Shown: one piece after another, positions 36,723 through 47,311 of the stretch
How the letters are laid out: each line of letters opens with the position of its first letter
Position numbering within the stretch: position 1 is the stretch's first letter
IMG/VR virus record: IMGVR_UViG_3300013099_000002
Location: 25,838-89,837 of that record
Direction: 5' to 3' (one strand)
DNA from: a virus
Length of the DNA stretch: 64,000 nt
Notes under the pieces: generated by a model
Database searches by the model: none
Told to the model about the DNA's origin: nothing
What the model saw: the letters and a program-made list of their open reading frames with translations, nothing else
Made by a program: the position numbers and the translations under genes

Positions 36723-36959
36723 CTACACAAAGTATACAGGTATTGTTTCTTCACTTGATACTTTGCCTAATAAATTGTTGCCATCTAATACAACCTTATC
36801 ACCAACCAAAAATTGAACATCAGTTTGGTTCTCAATAACCTTTAATCCAGATGGAGAAGATACAGATACAACTACCCCATCTACTTTAGCCACCACACCT
36901 GTAACTTCACCCTTACCTTTAAAAAGTAATTTTCTTAATTGAACTAAACCTTGACTCAT
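36723..36959 (-). CDS. small tail-tip protein
   Basis: OB-like G.V......V.V pattern; coupled. Confidence 0.55.
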   Translation of the reverse strand: MSQGLVQLRKLLFKGKGEVTGVVAKVDGVVVSVSSPSGLKVIENQTDVQFLVGDKVVLDGNNLLGKVSSEETIPVYFV

Positions 36960-37261
36960 GTTGGTCTCCGTAAAGTAAGAGTAGTAAGTAATGTGCCGTT
37001 TCGGGCTACATGGTTAATGCCTATAATTTTGCCAACCCAAGAAACACCTTGTAAAGAATCATGTACTTCAGTTAATTGGCCTAATAATACCCCTGACCTA
37101 AATACGGTGGTCATGGTTACTTGTTGTAAGTTTTCGCCATTCTCATCAATTTCTGCTTGGCCTCTTGATAGTCCAACAGGCACAGAATTTATCAAAGGGT
37201 CGATAATATCCACCCCTTGTTTATCCCCTGACCCTCGTTGAACAATCATAGAAAATGACAT
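36956..37261 (-). CDS. tail-tip protein
   Basis: I.DPL....V...RG.AEID; coupled. Confidence 0.6.
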   Translation of the reverse strand: MSFSMIVQRGSGDKQGVDIIDPLINSVPVGLSRGQAEIDENGENLQQVTMTTVFRSGVLLGQLTEVHDSLQGVSWVGKIIGINHVARNGTLLTTLTLRRPT

Positions 37262-37761
37262 TAGATAATCCCGATTAAAACTACTAATATTCTAAAATCA
37301 GCTTCACCGTTTATTGTAGTTGGTGCTGTTAATTTATAAATAGTGTAATTAGTGGTGTATGTTATTTTAGCAACCGCTGTACCTGAAATAGCCGCACGAA
37401 CCTTACCCCCACCCAAATAAGCAACCGCACCTAAATCAGTACCAAACCATTGAATTGATAACCCCCCTGCCGGTGGAAATTGTAATGCAGCTTCATCAAT
37501 ATTAACGAAGTCTACAAATTCCTCTATTGTTCTGGTGCCGGAACCTGTGGATACTAAAGTACCTGCGGAAACTAAACTTTGAATACTAGCTAAACCTTCT
37601 TGGTAAGCTAAAATAAATACCGAGTCACCGCCTATAAAAGAAGTGGAAGTATTTAATCCACCCTCGGACTCTTCCCTTGAATCTACCTCAGCTACTAACT
37701 GAGCGTTGCTTTCAGAATCCAGTCCTTTGAATTCCACAACTATTGAAGCTGAAATAGCCAT
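37261..37761 (-). CDS. tail-tip protein
   Basis: Resembles 45385..46290 and C-terminus of 37761..40301 (E...F.....L.FP motif). Confidence 0.6.
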   Translation of the reverse strand: MAISASIVVEFKGLDSESNAQLVAEVDSREESEGGLNTSTSFIGGDSVFILAYQEGLASIQSLVSAGTLVSTGSGTRTIEEFVDFVNIDEAALQFPPAGGLSIQWFGTDLGAVAYLGGGKVRAAISGTAVAKITYTTNYTIYKLTAPTTINGEADFRILVVLIGII

Positions 37762-40301
37762 TATGCTGTCTCCATTAAAAATTGAATTTGTCTATCACTT
37801 ATCGCGTATTGGGCCTCGTAATTTATGCTTTTAGTTTCATAAACTATTTCAAGTAACCCAAATCTATCTACCAAGCTTGTTGATTTTACCTGCTTACCGG
37901 AAAATGTGATTCCACCTAAATTAGTATCAAGCCAAGATATTGATACCACGGACTCTATAGGATACTTAACCGAACCACTACCATCAAATATCTCTATTAT
38001 CTCAGTTTCGGTTCTGGTTATCTCACCTAGTTTAGATAACAACACCCCTACAGGCCCCGTATGAGTGATATTAATATCTCTGAATGGGCTTGGGTACGCC
38101 TTTAAAATTCCGGCTGTAGAATCATCTTCCTTAACTATAAATTCTATAGTATCGGCATCCGTTGAATTAACACTTTGGTCTCGTATAGCAATCTTATTAA
38201 GTTCTTTGGAGAAACCCTGACCTTCAACAACCGAAATATTGTCATCTGAATCAGTATAAGTTTGGTCTATTATAGAAATACCGTAATCAGGTACTTTTAT
38301 CTTATGTCTAGGTCTTACCAACAAACTACCATCTGGTTTTGTTTCCACAACACCGCCTGCTGATTTTGCAATCAATTGCACAAGTTCTATTGGAGTAATA
38401 TCACTTACCCCTAAAGCAAAGGCTGGGATAGTCCAATTAACTAATTGCCAATCAATCACCTCACCACCTAAGAACTCTTCTGCGGCATCTTTAGCTAAAA
38501 CCGGTGTATCCCATAATTTAGATATGCTTTCGCCTCGTGGTGAAGCTAATAAGGCCGTTGGTGATAATCCTGACACTGATAAACCAACCTCCGAAGGATT
38601 AGACCTATTTAAGCCTTTAGAATCCACAATTAACTCGAATAATTCCCCGAATAAATTAACAGTGAATGCATCCCCGTTAGTAAATTTTTGGTAGTCCTCA
38701 ATTTTTGCCAAGATCACAACACCTAACCATGCATAACCATCTTCATCTTGAGAAAGACTGGCATCAATAATTTCTATTAATTCGCCATTCAATTCGACAA
38801 AAGGAACATCAGTAATATTAACAATAGTTGTTGCCCCTACATTGTAAATATTCTTATGCTGATTAATTACGAAATCACGTTGTTTTAATTCCCACCCTGC
38901 TTCATTTTGCTGGGCTAATAAAGTCGTCATGCTCCAATTAGATTCATTGGAACTAACAATAAAACTTCTGGAAGAATAAGTTTGTTTATTGCTGTTAGAA
39001 ACCTTTAATAAATCCCCTGCTTCATGTTGGTTGCGAACACTAGCTAATAATTTAACTGCATAAGGTAATTCTTGTTCCGCAACAACCTTAACTTTAATTG
39101 AATAGCCATTAGCGTTGTCATTGGTAACTCTAAGTAAACTAGAAGCCTCATGCTGGGTTGTTACTTCACCTAGTAATTTAATGTCATAAGAAAATTCGTT
39201 ACTTGAATTTTCCACAATCCGAAGTGAATAAGTATCTTCAAAAGAATTGGAAACTTTTAATAAGCTTGGTGCTTCATGTTGAGCTACAACAGGGTCATGT
39301 AAATTAATGTCATAAGTAATCTCTGAAGCATTAACTGTTCTGCCTCTAACAGCGTAATTAATCTCAGTTATATTTTGAACTTTTAATAAGCTTGGTGCTT
39401 CATGTTGATTACTAACCGTAACCAATGCCTTATTATCATAGTCATAAGTAAACTGATTAGGTATTCTAGTATTTAAGGAATAATCCACCGTATGCCCAGC
39501 AGAGACAGTAAATAAGCTTTGTGCATTAAATTGGTAAGAAACTTTAACGCCATGTACCGCTTCAAACTGCTTATGAATTCTAAAAGATGAAGGTGCTACA
39601 TGTTGGTTAAAGGTATACTTGGTTAAATAATAAACCGCATCATTGGAGCTTCTAACCCTTGTTTCACCAAAAACATAACCGGCTTCGTGTCCTTCTTTCG
39701 GAAAGATACCTGAATCAAATACAGACTTATGTTGTGCCCCAACCTGTATAGAAAATGGGGTTAAATGAGAATTGGAAACACGTAAACTTTGTACCGCTTC
39801 ATGCTGGACAGAAACTTTAATACCATAAGCACTTGAATTCTGACTATCAACATTATCTTCAAAGATATGAAAGTTTGTTGAGTGTTGTTCAACACTATAA
39901 AATCTAGCAGTGTAAATAAGTGAATGTTGATTTTTTACAAATAATAAATCTTGAAAAGAAGCTTCATGTTGATTTTGTTGTCTAGGTTTATCTTCAAAAC
40001 CTGCTTCATGTTGAGCATGTATTTTCCCATCCCCAACAATGGTACCAACAACCTCAGTAATCTGTGAATTTATTAAACCGAAATTAACAACAGAGCTATT
40101 AACAGTACCGGATACGCCTTCAACAGTAACGGTGGTTTCACCGGTTCCTTCAATTATTGAATTAGCACCAACTAACCCAAAATTCACTGTTGAGCTGTTT
40201 ACCGTACCGGATATAATAACATCGGGCACTACAATGCCTTCAGCTTCCGTTACCGCACCGCCTACAAGTATCTCATTAATAGCACTGTCATTAATTGCCA
40301 T
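37761..40301 (-). CDS. large tail protein with QHEA repeats and hub-like C-terminus
   Basis: More than 10 QH(E/S)A-type repeats; C-terminal TPIE....IA...GG.V...PDG.L.V. Confidence 0.65.
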   Translation of the reverse strand: MAINDSAINEILVGGAVTEAEGIVVPDVIISGTVNSSTVNFGLVGANSIIEGTGETTVTVEGVSGTVNSSVVNFGLINSQITEVVGTIVGDGKIHAQHEAGFEDKPRQQNQHEASFQDLLFVKNQHSLIYTARFYSVEQHSTNFHIFEDNVDSQNSSAYGIKVSVQHEAVQSLRVSNSHLTPFSIQVGAQHKSVFDSGIFPKEGHEAGYVFGETRVRSSNDAVYYLTKYTFNQHVAPSSFRIHKQFEAVHGVKVSYQFNAQSLFTVSAGHTVDYSLNTRIPNQFTYDYDNKALVTVSNQHEAPSLLKVQNITEINYAVRGRTVNASEITYDINLHDPVVAQHEAPSLLKVSNSFEDTYSLRIVENSSNEFSYDIKLLGEVTTQHEASSLLRVTNDNANGYSIKVKVVAEQELPYAVKLLASVRNQHEAGDLLKVSNSNKQTYSSRSFIVSSNESNWSMTTLLAQQNEAGWELKQRDFVINQHKNIYNVGATTIVNITDVPFVELNGELIEIIDASLSQDEDGYAWLGVVILAKIEDYQKFTNGDAFTVNLFGELFELIVDSKGLNRSNPSEVGLSVSGLSPTALLASPRGESISKLWDTPVLAKDAAEEFLGGEVIDWQLVNWTIPAFALGVSDITPIELVQLIAKSAGGVVETKPDGSLLVRPRHKIKVPDYGISIIDQTYTDSDDNISVVEGQGFSKELNKIAIRDQSVNSTDADTIEFIVKEDDSTAGILKAYPSPFRDINITHTGPVGVLLSKLGEITRTETEIIEIFDGSGSVKYPIESVVSISWLDTNLGGITFSGKQVKSTSLVDRFGLLEIVYETKSINYEAQYAISDRQIQFLMETA
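38367..38380. repeat. 14-bp near-palindrome (copy 10)
   Basis: TGCAATCAATTGCA exact, intragenic (VQLIA). Confidence 0.95.
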
Positions 40302-40303
40302 GG

Positions 40304-41125
40304 TTAGCCTTCTGTTTGCAACAACTCAGGGTAAAAAGTTTCGTAATACCACCTATTAGCTTTAACAATATCATTGGCTATCTCTGCGCCAAGAATCTCA
40401 TTCCAATCTTCAGGTAGTGGTCTTATTGCCCCCTCACCACATTGGTGGTCTCCGAAAGGTAAATGGATTGCATCATGCTCATGTATAGTTTGCTCAATGT
40501 TTATGAAATCATGTTCATAGTTTTCAAGCCCCAAAAACTTATACATTTTTTCAGTCCACAGCTTAGGGTTTCGACAATAATCTTCCATTCTTACAAATAG
40601 AATTTTATTAGCATACCCCCGCGAAACTGATTCCCTGATATTATTTAAGGAAGTACCTAATGGGTTATTGTTAAACCAGTTAGTTAATCTAACCCCAATA
40701 TTGTTTTGTTCAACACTGGAAGCCATCATGTAAACCGGTCTTTTACGAATCAGTTTCTCCATACTGGATGCAACACCTCTAAGGTCACGAATTGGAGCAA
40801 TAATCTTCCAACCTTCAGGATATAACTTATCCATGAATTCACCCTTACCAAGCCAATAGCGGCCTTTATCTATTGCAATGTCATGGTTACGGTACCATCC
40901 ATCAATTGCGCCCCTACAAGCCCCGTAGATACGTTCTTGTTGCTCTTCAGTATCAAGAGCCGCCTTCATATCAGGGCTGTTAGTATAAACAGCCGTAATT
41001 TGATGTATCAACTCAGCCAAAGGCGAAGTTGGTGAAACATGAAGGTTTGGGTTCTGGTCTAAAACATTACTAATTTTAGTCGAACCGGCTCTTGGTAATC
41101 CACCCAAAAAGAAAACTTTACTCAT
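40304..41125 (-). CDS. sulfotransferase (Sulfotransfer_3-like)
   Basis: 5'-PSB loop GLPRAGST, IDK.R.W, 3'-PB motif IRD......S, VR.ED....P. Confidence 0.85.
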   Translation of the reverse strand: MSKVFFLGGLPRAGSTKISNVLDQNPNLHVSPTSPLAELIHQITAVYTNSPDMKAALDTEEQQERIYGACRGAIDGWYRNHDIAIDKGRYWLGKGEFMDKLYPEGWKIIAPIRDLRGVASSMEKLIRKRPVYMMASSVEQNNIGVRLTNWFNNNPLGTSLNNIRESVSRGYANKILFVRMEDYCRNPKLWTEKMYKFLGLENYEHDFINIEQTIHEHDAIHLPFGDHQCGEGAIRPLPEDWNEILGAEIANDIVKANRWYYETFYPELLQTEG

Positions 41126-41162
41126 CTTTACTCTCCTACTCGTCTACTCAAAAAAACCAACT

Positions 41163-41453
41163 TTACGCTGGGTCTACATAATCAATTGCAGTTGCAAATT
41201 CCGGCAATGTTTTTAATTTACTATAAGCTTCAGCAACCCCATTTTCTGTAGGTATTGTTAGTATATCGAACTCAAATCTACCTGATTTAATAACACCTTT
41301 ATTTGCATCAGCATTAGCCTTGTTTAAAAAATACCCGACTTGATAAAAGGCTTTTTTACTATTATTGTTTAATCTAATAAACAATACTTTAATGTACCCG
41401 TCTATTATTGCTTCACCATTTCTAGGACTGGTGAATGTCATTTGTAAAGCCAT
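41163..41453 (-). CDS. tail fibre assembly-like protein
   Basis: Directly after fibre; C-terminal AY..LKTLPEF..A.D. Confidence 0.6.
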   Translation of the reverse strand: MALQMTFTSPRNGEAIIDGYIKVLFIRLNNNSKKAFYQVGYFLNKANADANKGVIKSGRFEFDILTIPTENGVAEAYSKLKTLPEFATAIDYVDPA

Positions 41454-41467
41454 GTTAAATCTCCTGA

Positions 41468-44400
41468 TTAGAATTCAATTACAGTACCGATAAAAATAGG
41501 TCTGATAGTTAATGTGGTTGCAGTGCCGCCTGTTATTACCGAGAACCTAAGACTATCTACTGCTTGGTTACTGTTTACAAAAGGTGCTTCAAACGCTTGA
41601 TATTTCCCCACCGCATCCAACCCAGTACACTGAACAGACGAAACCATATCTAAGTTTGGTGAATCAGATTTAAACTCTATAAACGGTTGTACCGTTACAG
41701 TATCAGCCGCTACAACAATTACTATTAATCGTTGTGGGATAAATTTAAACCCAGTTGGTAGATTGACTGATTCGGCAACACCGCCTGCGGTTCCATCCAT
41801 TGCATCAAAAGATAAAATAGCTTGAGAGCCAGAAAGAGACTTCAATTCACTACCAGAAAAACCATTAATAGTATTAGCTTGTCGTATGGAAGGAATACCT
41901 GCCATATTAATAATATTATCTTGTGAAGCAACGGCATTATAGCCAATAGCAATAGATTCCGCACCGGTAGCCGCAGCACTTCTACCTATACTAACTGAGA
42001 AATTACCATCAGCATTAGCTACGGTGCCTATAGCTAGAGCATCAATAGCTGACACCCCAGAAGCGTTACCGATAACAATGGCATTATTCTTATCAGTCGT
42101 AATACTACAATTAGAACCAATCAGAATATTGTTTTGACCTCCACCATTAGTATGATTAGTTCCTAGAAATATACCCCGATAAACCTCTTCTGTTGGAACA
42201 ATATCGCTCCCAATAAAAATAGCATTATCCGAAGCACCACTAAAATCATTTAAGTCGTTTCCGATTAAAATACTTTCAGAGCCAGCGGCAACAATGCTTT
42301 TACCGATACCAATAGCATGATAACCACTAAGAGTTAAGAAAACACCAAACCCTTTAGTTTGCCCCCCAGAAAGAGTATTACCTTGTCCAAAGGCCATACT
42401 GTTTTGAGAAGTAACATTATTACCGGCACCGATTGCTACTGAGCCGAAGTTACTGGTAGTAATACTGTTGTTCTTCCCAATAAGGATAGTGTCATCAGCG
42501 GCATTAGTATTATTTACACCTACAACCGTAGAACTAGCAGAGGTTCCAGTGGTGTCATTGTTGTAACCGATTGCAATATTTCTACTACCTGTAGAACTTG
42601 AACTTTTGTTGCCTATAACAACACTATCAGCACCATAAACTGAAGTATCACCAATAGCTATTGACCTAGCCGCAGCCGCATCAACAAAAGCACTATAACC
42701 AAATGCCGCAGATTTAGAACCTCTTGCTTGACATTGATACCCTACCGAGGTTCCATATTCGCCATTACAATCACCAAGATAACCTATGCGTACCCCATGC
42801 CTCCCTTGGCAATCACCATAATCACCTATCAGTATGCCCCTATAACCACTACAAGTTGCATAAGTACCAATCACCCTAGAATGATACCCATAAGCAAAAG
42901 CACCATTACCGATTGCTATACCGTAACTGGTATTAGCCACACCGTACTCACCTGTTTTACAATTTTTACCAATAGCTATTCCAGGGTCATAAGGTGAACC
43001 ACCCCAACATCTATTGGATAAACCTATAGCTATTTGAACATCACCATAAGCATAATTTTCTTTACCTATGGTTACTGATGAAGAAGATAAGCTATTAGAG
43101 TGGTGTAAATTGTAATGCCCGATACACACAGCTTGATACCCTTGTACTTCATTTTTTGTACCAATGGCAACAGCTCTATTAGAAAAAACGAACTGGTCAA
43201 AACCAATAATTACTGACGACCTTGGAGAACCAGAAAAGGCATTATTACCAGCAAAAAAAGAGTTACCAGTGTTACTAATTCGTTCCGAAAGTCCATGTTC
43301 GCCTTGAGCGGTAGGCTCTACCCCAAAACCGGAAACATTCCTATTTTCTATAATAGAAGAAGCATTATTGCTTAACTGATTATCTTGGGGTCTTGATACC
43401 ATCGAACGCAGTGCTTCATCAGTCAGTCTATTTTCTAAAGTCCCAGCCAACCAAGTTACCGCAATTGTATCTTCTAAAGCTCTTCTTAAAATTAACCCAG
43501 TGCTTGTGATTCTATAAACTTCAAAAACCTCTGTTACGCCATCCCCATCATCCAAAGTAAATCTTAAGGAATCAAACGCACCAAGCAAAGGCAAATCTAG
43601 TAATTGTTGGGTCGTTAAAGGTATTACTGGATACTTAACAGAAGCATCAATAGCTGGGCAAGGCAAAGTGTAACTGTTTTTGTAAATGAATCTACCAGCG
43701 TTAGGTTTTGCATAAGCGTGTCCGTGAATTGTAGACAAGTTTACTAGACTTAATGGTGCGCTAAGTGACCAAACTCTAGGAGCAGTAATTCTTACTTCAG
43801 AATTATTGTTTCCAACGGTTGATAACAACCCTGAATCTGTCGTGCCAGTAGAACCTAATTTAACTAATTTGAATGCTGATGTTAAAGGAGTAGCAAGTTT
43901 AACCCTTAATACATAATCGCCTCGATAATTAGCCCTACGCATAACTATTTTTATGTTGGTGTCATCCTCAACATACATAGTTAGTAACCCATTACTAAGG
44001 CCTCTGGCATTATCAATACCTAGTACAAAAAACACTTCTTCGGCACCACCATCTTTAACAAGTAAACGAATACTACCGCTTCTATGTTCAAGAACAATGT
44101 AGTTTAAAGTTGTGGCATCCTCTAATCTGCAAATACCGAAATCATCTAAATTAGTAAAAACCCGTGAATTATCTACAGTGGAATACACCGTAAATTGCAT
44201 CAACCAATTAGTAGTTAGTTCCGCTAAATTAGCAGAAGCAGAAGATTCAAGCTCCCCTGTTGTTTGCAATGTAAGAAAATCACGACTATCAGAAGTTAAA
44301 GAGCCGTCCGTATAATTACTATTAGTGACAGCACTATTAGTATACAACCATGCGTCACCACTAATTAATTCAGAAGCTTGTCTTGTTGTAGGGTTTGCAC

Positions 44401-45328
44401 CCCTGTTAGGCAAAACTGGAGACAACTTAAAATCATAAACTAAAGTACCACCTAACTTAGATAAAACTTGAGTAGCTACATCGAAATCTACGGCAGACCT
44501 ATGACCTCCTAAGATAGCAAGGGCGTGTTCAGTTCCTTGTATATTTTGCACAGGGGCATAAGAAGTTTGATATAACGCTATAGAGCTAAGAGTACCAGCA
44601 AGGCTTTCAGTAACGACACCAGAACCGAAGTCTGCATTATGTTCACCAAAAACACTTATATCCATATCCACGCCCCAAGAACTACCTACAGAGGCCGGAG
44701 TTGTGAAGTTCTTAGAGTAACTAAATCTTTGCTTTAACTCTGCATTAAGAGAAATTACACCAAAGTCAATATCGCCATTACTCTTTGAAAAGCCAAAAGT
44801 CATGTGATAGTGTTGCCCAGCTACTAAAGATAAATAATCTTCGTGGGAAGAATCATCAGCATCCACTGTGTAGGTGCTGGCACCATCAAAATGTACTACC
44901 TTGATAACGCCATCCGTATCTATATAAACCCCTACAGTAGCCCCAGAGGTACCCACAACAGATACTAATGGTTGCACTGAAAGTAAATCATCAACCTTAA
45001 CAATGAAACTACAAAGTTGGTACTGATTTACTGAGGCTTGTACTGGAAAGGTAATATCTAGTTTAGTCCCTGTAACCCCATCCAAAATAACTTCATTACC
45101 TAACAATAATTCAGAACCAGCAGAATTTAATAGACTTCTAGTAACACCGCCAGAAGCAGTCAAATAATCTTGCCCATCGGTATCAAAAGAAGGTACGGTA
45201 TTTATAGCATTAAATACCCCAGAAGATTCAGATAATGGAAAAAATGACAGAGTGTAAGCATTTCCACGCATACCCCCTACACTATACATATCTAAAAATT
45301 GAAAAAAACTTTTTTTGTCTAAAGCCAT
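41468..45328 (-). CDS. tail fibre / receptor-binding protein
   Basis: 1286 aa; N-terminal lectin/LamG-like region; about 450 aa of 14-residue (A/S)IAIG YadA-head-like repeats. Confidence 0.8.
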   Translation of the reverse strand: MALDKKSFFQFLDMYSVGGMRGNAYTLSFFPLSESSGVFNAINTVPSFDTDGQDYLTASGGVTRSLLNSAGSELLLGNEVILDGVTGTKLDITFPVQASVNQYQLCSFIVKVDDLLSVQPLVSVVGTSGATVGVYIDTDGVIKVVHFDGASTYTVDADDSSHEDYLSLVAGQHYHMTFGFSKSNGDIDFGVISLNAELKQRFSYSKNFTTPASVGSSWGVDMDISVFGEHNADFGSGVVTESLAGTLSSIALYQTSYAPVQNIQGTEHALAILGGHRSAVDFDVATQVLSKLGGTLVYDFKLSPVLPNRGANPTTRQASELISGDAWLYTNSAVTNSNYTDGSLTSDSRDFLTLQTTGELESSASANLAELTTNWLMQFTVYSTVDNSRVFTNLDDFGICRLEDATTLNYIVLEHRSGSIRLLVKDGGAEEVFFVLGIDNARGLSNGLLTMYVEDDTNIKIVMRRANYRGDYVLRVKLATPLTSAFKLVKLGSTGTTDSGLLSTVGNNNSEVRITAPRVWSLSAPLSLVNLSTIHGHAYAKPNAGRFIYKNSYTLPCPAIDASVKYPVIPLTTQQLLDLPLLGAFDSLRFTLDDGDGVTEVFEVYRITSTGLILRRALEDTIAVTWLAGTLENRLTDEALRSMVSRPQDNQLSNNASSIIENRNVSGFGVEPTAQGEHGLSERISNTGNSFFAGNNAFSGSPRSSVIIGFDQFVFSNRAVAIGTKNEVQGYQAVCIGHYNLHHSNSLSSSSVTIGKENYAYGDVQIAIGLSNRCWGGSPYDPGIAIGKNCKTGEYGVANTSYGIAIGNGAFAYGYHSRVIGTYATCSGYRGILIGDYGDCQGRHGVRIGYLGDCNGEYGTSVGYQCQARGSKSAAFGYSAFVDAAAARSIAIGDTSVYGADSVVIGNKSSSSTGSRNIAIGYNNDTTGTSASSTVVGVNNTNAADDTILIGKNNSITTSNFGSVAIGAGNNVTSQNSMAFGQGNTLSGGQTKGFGVFLTLSGYHAIGIGKSIVAAGSESILIGNDLNDFSGASDNAIFIGSDIVPTEEVYRGIFLGTNHTNGGGQNNILIGSNCSITTDKNNAIVIGNASGVSAIDALAIGTVANADGNFSVSIGRSAAATGAESIAIGYNAVASQDNIINMAGIPSIRQANTINGFSGSELKSLSGSQAILSFDAMDGTAGGVAESVNLPTGFKFIPQRLIVIVVAADTVTVQPFIEFKSDSPNLDMVSSVQCTGLDAVGKYQAFEAPFVNSNQAVDSLRFSVITGGTATTLTIRPIFIGTVIEF

Positions 45329-45384
45329 TATGCTTCTCCTAAAATTTGTTAATTACTATACAACTACCGCAGGGTATTTACTAA

Positions 45385-46290
45385 TCAAAGTGGGTTATTA
45401 AAAACCAATACTACTTTAGCTGAAGGGGCATCGAACGTAACTCTTGTCATGCGAGCTATATCCACACCACTTACACTTACTACTTCTTCGGTTCTTGAAT
45501 CTTCTGTCCAAGTAACGGTAGGTTTAGGGCCTATACCATCGTAAGGTGTTATGGAAGAAACGTGAGAATCGAATACCGTGGCATAAGTCTCTTCTTCTAT
45601 ATCAGTAATATCTTCACACCCTGCTATAGCACCCCCCACATCACACACTTCAGGAGTAAAATTGACATTAGCTGAAGCCGCAGCTCCCCAAGGTCTATAA
45701 ATTGCGATAATCAGGGCATCCAATGATTCCCCCGTTGGTGTAACTTTCAATTCTATAATATTATAATTACTGGAATAAGTTACAAAAACTAAGCCATATC
45801 CTTCTTCAGAAGCCCTTACTTTTCTATTACCATCAAACGTGAAATTAACTACAGTAATATCCCCGTTTTCATCGTAAAAAACTTGCTCACCAAAAGTCAT
45901 GGATTGAGCTGGAAATTTTAAAGAAACTTCATCAGTTCCAGAAAATTGTAGAACTTCACTTACATTATCACCACCAACACCTAACCTTGTAACCGTACCT
46001 AATGTAGTCCTAAGTTCGGGTAGGATGTTAGCAGGATAAAGTCTTAATCTTCTTGTTCCCCAAGCGGCTAAATCATCAAGGCATAATTGAACAGCTAAAG
46101 CATTACTGGCCTCTTCCGCCTCTTTAGTAATACAAACCCCAGTTGCAATTCCTTCTGCAATCTGTGATTCCCTGTACAATACCGAAGGCATTTTATTATC
46201 ACTAGCCCTTTCTTCTAAAAAAAGAGTATTCGCTTCCAGTCCACTATCTGAATCTTCAAAAGCTATTTGTACTGATTGCGAAATACTCAT
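45385..46290 (-). CDS. tail-tip protein
   Basis: 301-aa ORF in tail module. Confidence 0.65.
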   Translation of the reverse strand: MSISQSVQIAFEDSDSGLEANTLFLEERASDNKMPSVLYRESQIAEGIATGVCITKEAEEASNALAVQLCLDDLAAWGTRRLRLYPANILPELRTTLGTVTRLGVGGDNVSEVLQFSGTDEVSLKFPAQSMTFGEQVFYDENGDITVVNFTFDGNRKVRASEEGYGLVFVTYSSNYNIIELKVTPTGESLDALIIAIYRPWGAAASANVNFTPEVCDVGGAIAGCEDITDIEEETYATVFDSHVSSITPYDGIGPKPTVTWTEDSRTEEVVSVSGVDIARMTRVTFDAPSAKVVLVFNNPL

Positions 46291-46292
46291 AG

Positions 46293-47294
46293 TTATGCAC
46301 TCTCTCCGTCAATAGCAACAATCACCTTATTACCTGCAAAAGAATTTGCACCCACTGGAACAATACGCTTATACCAAACCGGTACAGCCGCAGGATGAAT
46401 AGTGAAAGTAATACTATCAGAAATAGCAAAAGTACCACCGAAACCAGCAAAGTGTAAGGTGAAATAAGGCTTACTAAAAGTGGCATTGTTTGGTGAAAAG
46501 TTAGAACTGATATTACCGGAACCCAAAGCCCCCAAAGTATCACCAGTAACATCATAGGCTGTTGGTGAAGTAAATGTAAAAGTAATATCTTCGTCAACAG
46601 TAGAAATGTTATCCAGCACTATTGGATTAGTGACTTCATCAAATGTACCTGATACTGAAGAAACAACGAATGAGTCAAAACTTGCAAAAACATCACCTTG
46701 CTCAATTACTGAAGCAACTCTTGATAATGAAGCCGTTGTATAAGCATTAACAAGTGCCGGTGTGAATGTTATAGTCGCAACATCCCCTGCGTAAACAGGT
46801 GCCCCTGAAATAGTAACAAATTCTTCGTTACCTGAAATATCATTCACATCTGTTTTATCAGATATTCTGATTAAATCACCATTTTGGAACATATCAAAAG
46901 CTACACCTTCGGTAAGAACATCCATTTCTGTTGCCGAGGCAATAACATTAGAATTTAATCCACCAGAACCATACAACCTCTCTGAGCCTGTAATAGTGTT
47001 TTGTGTATCCCGTTGGGTACCTATAAAAATAGCAATACTATCATCAGCAGGTGTATAGGTTTCAACATAAACCCTTCCATCAAACAATGTGAAGTCATCA
47101 TCATTGGCAACTTTAATAAAAGCCTTACGATATTTTGTTGAACCAGCCGCACGTTCAGCTTGAGAAACATCAGGCCAAATATTGTTCTTTACTCCAGAAG
47201 TTGAAACAACCCCTGTCATTCTTCCACCATTAGCGGTAGTGTCATCATTCACTGCGGCTTTAAACCATTGCAGTTCGTTTTGTGTAATACTCAT
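46293..47294 (-). CDS. tail/baseplate protein
   Basis: NGGRM......SGVKNNIWPDV...ER..G.T.YRK.F, P.W.KR.VP. Confidence 0.7.
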   Translation of the reverse strand: MSITQNELQWFKAAVNDDTTANGGRMTGVVSTSGVKNNIWPDVSQAERAAGSTKYRKAFIKVANDDDFTLFDGRVYVETYTPADDSIAIFIGTQRDTQNTITGSERLYGSGGLNSNVIASATEMDVLTEGVAFDMFQNGDLIRISDKTDVNDISGNEEFVTISGAPVYAGDVATITFTPALVNAYTTASLSRVASVIEQGDVFASFDSFVVSSVSGTFDEVTNPIVLDNISTVDEDITFTFTSPTAYDVTGDTLGALGSGNISSNFSPNNATFSKPYFTLHFAGFGGTFAISDSITFTIHPAAVPVWYKRIVPVGANSFAGNKVIVAIDGESA

Positions 47295-47311
47295 TTATGT
47301 TCTCCTAATTT

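Noticed and set aside
41468-45328. Diversity-generating retroelement acting on the tail fibre
   Set aside because: No reverse transcriptase and no template/variable repeat pair seen
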